Source of the DNA: Nitrospirales bacterium
GTDB taxonomy: Bacteria > Nitrospirota > Nitrospiria > Nitrospirales > UBA8639
Direction: 5' to 3'
Assembly: GCA_965223295.1 (NCBI GenBank)
Contig: CBDCWC010000002.1
Location: 480,001-544,000 of the forward strand
DNA length: 64,000 bases
In this document: piece after piece, positions 59,476 through 64,000 of the stretch
How the letters are laid out: every line of letters starts with the position of its first letter
How positions within the stretch are numbered: the stretch's first letter is position 1
Made by a program: the position numbers and the translations under genes
Notes under the pieces: generated by a model
The model's input: only the letters and a program-made list of their open reading frames with translations
Database searches by the model: none
What the model was told of the DNA's origin: nothing

Positions 59476-60099
59476 ATGATGTCCCTGGCGCTGGGTGTGT
59501 TAATTTCAGGACGAGGATCAAACCTTTTAGCGATTCTTGAGGCAATTGAAAGTGGTAGACTGGATGCCACAGTCAAAGTCGTTGTGAGTAACAAGGCCAC
59601 GGCGCCTGGGCTGGAATTCGCGAAGAGTCGAGGTATTCAGACAGTCTTTCTTGCTCCTAAGTCCTTTGCGCAAGAAAGTCAGCCCCGTGAAGCCTATGAT
59701 TTGGCGGTGGGAAAGGTTCTTCAGGAACATGAGGTTGAATGCGTTGTGTTAGCAGGCTACATGCGTATTGCGACTCCTGCACTGATTCGGATGTTTCCTC
59801 ATAAGATGCTGAATATCCACCCCTCTCTACTCCCTGCTTTCCCAGGACTAAATGCCCAAAAACAAGCCTTGGAGTGGGGTGCTAAAGTGAGTGGCTGCTC
59901 AGTCCATTTTGTTACAGAGGGTGTAGATGAAGGGCCAATTATTTGCCAACAGGCTGTGCCGATTCACGAAGAAGACACGGTCGAAATGTTAGCTGTCCGG
60001 ATTCTAGAACAAGAGCATCGCCTCTATCCGTTAGCATTGCAATTGATGGCGCAAGGACGGCTGCGGGTAGAAGGCCGAACCGTGAAAATACTTCAATAG
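59476..60099 (+). CDS. purN: Phosphoribosylglycinamide formyltransferase
   Basis: ISGRGSN, LAGYMR, NIHPSLLP, VDEGPII. Confidence 0.97.
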   Translation: MMSLALGVLISGRGSNLLAILEAIESGRLDATVKVVVSNKATAPGLEFAKSRGIQTVFLAPKSFAQESQPREAYDLAVGKVLQEHEVECVVLAGYMRIATPALIRMFPHKMLNIHPSLLPAFPGLNAQKQALEWGAKVSGCSVHFVTEGVDEGPIICQQAVPIHEEDTVEMLAVRILEQEHRLYPLALQLMAQGRLRVEGRTVKILQ

Positions 60100-60123
60100 T
60101 GTAGGTTGAGGAATTTAGAAATT

Positions 60124-60153
60124 CCCCTCCTTTGTAAGGAGGGGGAGGGGAGG
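60124..60153. repeat. REP-like palindrome
   Basis: cccctcctt-tgt-aaggagggg followed by gaggggagg. Confidence 0.45.
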
Positions 60154-60272
60154 TAGAATTACTGATTAGCAGAAAAAACAATTCAGACGATCAAAGAGAT
60201 AGCAAGATCGCACAAGCTTCGTTATAATTCCAACGGTTACGAGGTCCTTCAGATCCCAACCTTCTCAAGCGT

Positions 60273-60348
60273 GGGGGGCTAGCTCAGTTGGGAGAGCGCA
60301 ACGTTCGCAACGTTGAGGTCGCGGGTTCGACTCCCGTGCCCTCCACCA
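60273..60348 (+). tRNA. tRNA-Ala (CGC)
   Basis: GGGGGGC...GCCCTCC-A-CCA with the G3:U70 pair; anticodon arm caacg-tt-CGC-aa-cgttg. Confidence 0.97.
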
Positions 60349-60575
60349 AAATATGTAACGCATTGCTGTTACAGATATTATTTCAGTTTCTCTTAAGCAC
60401 ACCCCCTTAGACTCTTCGCTCCTCAAATCACCTAAAAACCTTGTAGAGAGCCAGTTCTATGCGGTTCGAATGTATGGTGCTGGGAAAATCTAACCCTTCT
60501 CCTGGAATTATTGTTACATTTTTGCTGAAGCACACGGTTTAGCGGAGAGCATACCGAATCCTCTGCAACTGTCTC

Positions 60576-60857
60576 TTATAAGCTTTTTGACTTATAGCCA
60601 TAGTATATTGGGCAATTTTCTGTTCCGAGATTTTTAATACTATGGCTAGTTCCGGCTGGAATAAGAAATTCACTGTTACCATCTTGGATGAATGTCTCAT
60701 TCTCAATAGTAAATTCGTAGGTTCCACTCTCCATAAAAACCAATTCATCTTTATCAGCATGGGCAGCTTCCGTAATTCCGTTCCCTGCCTTAATGGTTCC
60801 AATACCAAATGAAAAACCTCGATCAGTCCAATTCTTCTCTAGTTCGTTTTTATTCAT
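60576..60857 (-). CDS. Cupin-domain protein
   Basis: HADKDELV..SG and IPAGTSHSIKN. Confidence 0.85.
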   Translation of the reverse strand: MNKNELEKNWTDRGFSFGIGTIKAGNGITEAAHADKDELVFMESGTYEFTIENETFIQDGNSEFLIPAGTSHSIKNLGTENCPIYYGYKSKSL

Positions 60858-60866
60858 GCTGGTTCC

Positions 60867-61743
60867 TTAATTATGTTGTTGATTGTCCTTGGCAGATATC
60901 GGGACACTATCCAGAAGCTTGGGGGTTGTACCAGAAAAATCGATCCACGAATTCGTGCCCAATAGGTGAGCACCGCTGACACTGGGTTCTTCATAACGCA
61001 TCACAAAGTTTTTGGGTCCATGAGCATAAGCAACGACCAAGCCATATTCAGCATCTAAATAGCCACCATGCGGCCCCAAGCCTGGATAACTAATACGCCA
61101 TCCTGGTCCCTCAAGTCCCACATGCCCAAAAGTCAGTTTGCCAATCACATTATCGGGCAAGACAAAGAACCACGTCCATGGACCACCTGATACGATCGTC
61201 ATCACTTCATCAATGCCCATCCCATTCTCTGCGCTATTCACGTGGAGCTTTCCAAATTTCTCTTGAAGAAAAGCCATAACCTCTGGCGTAAGAGCCTTCA
61301 TATCATACACTTTTGGATAGGGAGGGACTCCAACTTCTGATGTGGATAAAAACCCGCCCCGGTGGACCTCGGGTTTTCGACCTGCTTTGCGAATTTCATC
61401 CAGCAATTCGCCTCGATGCAGAGGGAAAAATGACAAAAGCTCGGTGCCTTCCTCTGGAGTCAGAGCTCTGGTTTGTGAGATTTTGAGCAACGGTGTGGCG
61501 GCTTTAGGTAAGGGCAATGTACTCACACGAACCCCGACGGAACGTAGCACGGCATTGACGTTATCTAACCCTTCCGTCACCGGCTTCCCATCACTGTATG
61601 AGAGTGTAAGTTGTCCTTTTGTTGGCATTGGTTCTGCAAAACTGTGTGTTGTGAGCAGAACAAACAACGCGGGGAGGGCAATATTAATCCATTTTGGAAT
61701 GACAAGTTTCTTCTCTGGGACTTGATATGAGTGAATCGAACAT
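60867..61743 (-). CDS. Exported acireductone-dioxygenase-like cupin protein; probable frameshift near the 5' end
   Basis: LHVN...DEV..IVSG and PHGG. The AAGGAG-ATG at 61743 is one base out of frame with a reading frame encoding the signal peptide KKLVIPKWINIALPALFVLLTTHSFA. Confidence 0.55.
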
Positions 61744-61806
61744 CCCGTTCTCCTTTGAATCTTGATTAGTAGTCATCATAAGTATGTAAGGAGTTAATGG
61801 TATTAT

Positions 61807-61876
61807 ATCTTTATATAAAAATACTTTATATAAAGATTTATGTCAAGTATCTTCATGTAAAGATTTATGGTAGAAT
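61807..61876. promoter_or_regulatory. Three MarR operator palindromes overlapping divergent promoters
   Basis: ATCTTTATATAAAAAT (61807), CTTTATATAAAG (61824), ATCTTCATGTAAAGAT (61849). Minus-strand TTGACA-N17-TATTTT; plus-strand TG-n-TAGAAT. Confidence 0.75.
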
Positions 61877-61883
61877 GAAAGTA

Positions 61884-62393
61884 ATGAAATCGGATTTTAT
61901 CGATGGTCTCATTAAACAATGGTCAAGAGAGCGACCGGACTTAGACTCATCAGCCATAAACGTCGTGGGGCGAATCCTGCGGTTGTCTACCTTGCTTCAA
62001 CGGCGTGGAGAGGCGAGTCTTGAGCCATTAAATTTAACCTTGTGGCAATATGAGGTCCTCGCGGCCCTGCGGCGAGTGGGCCAACCCTTTCGATTGTCAC
62101 CGACACAATTAAGGCATGCGGTGGTATTGTCCTCAGGTGCTATGACCAACCGGATTGATCGTTTAGAGACGGCGGGTTTAGTAAAGCGGGTACCTGACTC
62201 CTTGGACAGACGAGGATTGCAGATTGTTCTCACTTCTAAAGGGTTGGAGTTGATTAACCGGGCAATCGAAGCACGACTACAAGACGCAGAAGATGTGGTT
62301 CGACTCCTCAACCATAAGGAGCGTCAATTGTTGGAACCACTTCTGCAAAAACTTCTTGCAGAGATCGAAGGTAACTCAAAAAGCAGAGAATAA
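61884..62393 (+). CDS. MarR-family regulator, PecS/TamR (UrtR) type, probably leaderless
   Basis: QWSRERPDLD, VLAALRR, SSGAMTNRIDRLE, DRR. The ATG lies 7 nt after the -10 hexamer. Confidence 0.88.
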   Translation: MKSDFIDGLIKQWSRERPDLDSSAINVVGRILRLSTLLQRRGEASLEPLNLTLWQYEVLAALRRVGQPFRLSPTQLRHAVVLSSGAMTNRIDRLETAGLVKRVPDSLDRRGLQIVLTSKGLELINRAIEARLQDAEDVVRLLNHKERQLLEPLLQKLLAEIEGNSKSRE

Positions 62394-62759
62394 CGCTACA
62401 TAATTAAAATCTCATTAGTCCTTTGCTGGCGTCTTCAAGCCGTTTACTCTAAATAACTGCATCGACTGGTATTGCAAAGATGGGCAAAGATCGGCTGAAG
62501 TACTCTAAAGAATGAGGTTCCATTCTTCTAGAATCTTGAGCAATTAGTTCAAAGTTTCTCCATTGGCGTCCTACAAATCCTGCCTATAGCCTATTAACTT
62601 GCCTAAACTTCGGAGGAACGTTGTTTCTCCTCCGGCGTCAAACTTGTTTATTGAGACTGAAGCTGGTTTCCTCTAAAAGTAGAAGAATTTCATTGTTGCC
62701 GTTGAGTAACCAAATTTTTTAAAAGAGAACGAATGGGTAATATTGTGAGCTCTGGGACT

Positions 62760-64000
62760 ATGAGGTGGAATAAAAGGTGCTTTTTTACGGCCGTATTGCT
62801 GATTGCTCTGGCTCCGATTGCTGTGTTTGCTGTTGAAAAGGCTCAACGTGAAGTAGCGATATTGGCTGTTAACGATGTGTATCGAGTGGAGGGTGTGGAA
62901 GGTGGGCGGAAAGGTGGCTTGAGCATGGTGCGAGCACTTCGTACAGAATTGGAGGAGGACTATCCAGATTTACTTTTGCTTCATGCCGGAGATTTTTTAT
63001 TTCCATCACTCCTGTCGAAATGGACTCAAGGGGCTCATATGGTTGACACGATGAATGGACTGGACGGGGCACTGGGAGTTCATGATTCACATATGTTTGT
63101 GGTGTTTGGGAATCACGAGTTTGAAAAATCAAAGCCTCAGCATGCGGCCCTTCTACAAAGTCGCATTCGTCAATCTGAGTTTCAGTGGCTTGGATCGAAT
63201 ATACGGTTTTCCCAGAAAGGTGGGCGGCCGTTAGTCGCGTCGGATAATTTGCAAATCTCCAAAATTGTCAAAAGCGGAGGTGTACGAGTAGGAATTTTGG
63301 GGTTGACCACGAATAAGAAGTCTGCCCACAAGATTGCATATGTTGATGAATTTGTAGACCCGGTGAGTGTGGCCCTCACACAAACTCACCTGTTGCGGGA
63401 GCAGGGGGCTGAGGTGGTGATTGCTTTGACTCATCTGGCACTTCATAAGGATCGCGAAGTTCTTGAAACATTAGGCGAAAGAGGGCCGGATCTGATCATT
63501 GGAGGACATGAGCATCAACGACATCATGTCGAGGTCGATGGCCGCTGGATTTTAAAAGCTGACTCGGACGCTCGTACGGCAACTGTTGTCCATATACAAA
63601 TGATCGATAGAAAGCCTTTCATCTCATTTGGGTATCGCTTTTTAGACCGAACTGTCCTGACTCCAGACTCTGACATGCAGCAGTGGGTTAGCCATATTTT
63701 GAACAATCATGGGAAGTGGTATTGTGCGAATAAGAATGAAGGGCCGGGGTGTCTTAAGCAAGCGGTGGGGCAGACCTCTGTGCCGTTAAATGGTGAGGAG
63801 TTCGAAATCCGGAGTTACGAGACAAATCTGGGTAATTGGGTCGCGGACCAGATACGTTCCGTGGTTCCCAGTGCAGATATTGCATTTATTAATGCTGGGT
63901 CACTTCGCGTCAATCAAACCATTCCTCCTGGAGCGATTACACGGCGTCATGTTGAGGAATTGCTCCACTACGATAGCAAATTGGTTCAAGCCGAATTGAC
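62760..64000 (+). CDS. Secreted bifunctional metallophosphatase/5'-nucleotidase, 3'-truncated (absent from the ORF track)
   Basis: Manual translation: signal peptide, NDVYR, HAGDFLFPS, GNHEF, LTH, GGHEH, ETNLGNW.AD, NAGSLR. Alternative in-frame ATG at 62733. Confidence 0.9.
   Translation, partial: MRWNKRCFFTAVLLIALAPIAVFAVEKAQREVAILAVNDVYRVEGVEGGRKGGLSMVRALRTELEEDYPDLLLLHAGDFLFPSLLSKWTQGAHMVDTMNGLDGALGVHDSHMFVVFGNHEFEKSKPQHAALLQSRIRQSEFQWLGSNIRFSQKGGRPLVASDNLQISKIVKSGGVRVGILGLTTNKKSAHKIAYVDEFVDPVSVALTQTHLLREQGAEVVIALTHLALHKDREVLETLGERGPDLIIGGHEHQRHHVEVDGRWILKADSDARTATVVHIQMIDRKPFISFGYRFLDRTVLTPDSDMQQWVSHILNNHGKWYCANKNEGPGCLKQAVGQTSVPLNGEEFEIRSYETNLGNWVADQIRSVVPSADIAFINAGSLRVNQTIPPGAITRRHVEELLHYDSKLVQAEL

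Noticed and set aside
60455-60575. Possible tRNA-fragment att site or integrated element after tRNA-Ala
   Set aside because: Only loose similarity to a tRNA 3' end; no direct repeat of tRNA-Ala and no integrase in the window.
61797-61883. N-terminal extension of the MarR ORF (YLYIKILYIKI...)
   Set aside because: It is the translation of the AT-rich operator palindromes.
62869-63999. Short ORFs in the track near the window end
   Set aside because: They are shadows of the long plus-strand 5'-nucleotidase ORF, which has no stop inside the window.

Overview
64-kb bacterial chromosomal window. Gene content, gene order and repeat types suggest a Nitrospirota/Nitrospirales genome (inference, not verified). 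Housekeeping genes (class I DAHP synthase, RluA/RluD family, trmL, pdxB, panE, ndk, gcvH, lpdA, comEA, tyrS, htpX, ald, mazG, ntrY/ntrX, rlmD, purM, purN; tRNA-Gly CCC, tRNA-Pro CGG, tRNA-Ala CGC) alternate with accessory blocks. The most striking block (15.5-25.8 kb, minus strand) is an apparently extracellular copper-oxidase system. It comprises (i) a ~2000-aa fusion of a galactose-oxidase-type copper radical oxidase, discoidin, Ig, PKD, YVTN propeller and a di-haem cytochrome c peroxidase-like domain, broken here by two small frameshifts, and (ii) a compact copper amine oxidase-like enzyme split over two secreted proteins. Both enzymes end in nearly the same ~250-aa 'YFDGSDVGL'-repeat module. 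A second block (37.5-42.3 kb) holds two paralogous secreted FN3/Ig proteins, each behind a c-di-GMP-I (GEMM-I) riboswitch; the second aptamer has substitutions at ligand-contacting positions, including C92U. Also present: a complete IS3-family element with a 3-bp target duplication just upstream of htpX, a family of MITE-like repeats, a hemerythrin-PAS histidine kinase (split), a candidate anti-Shine-Dalgarno sRNA, and a PecS/TamR-type MarR gene with three operator palindromes. All calls rest on manual motif recognition; no database searches were run.
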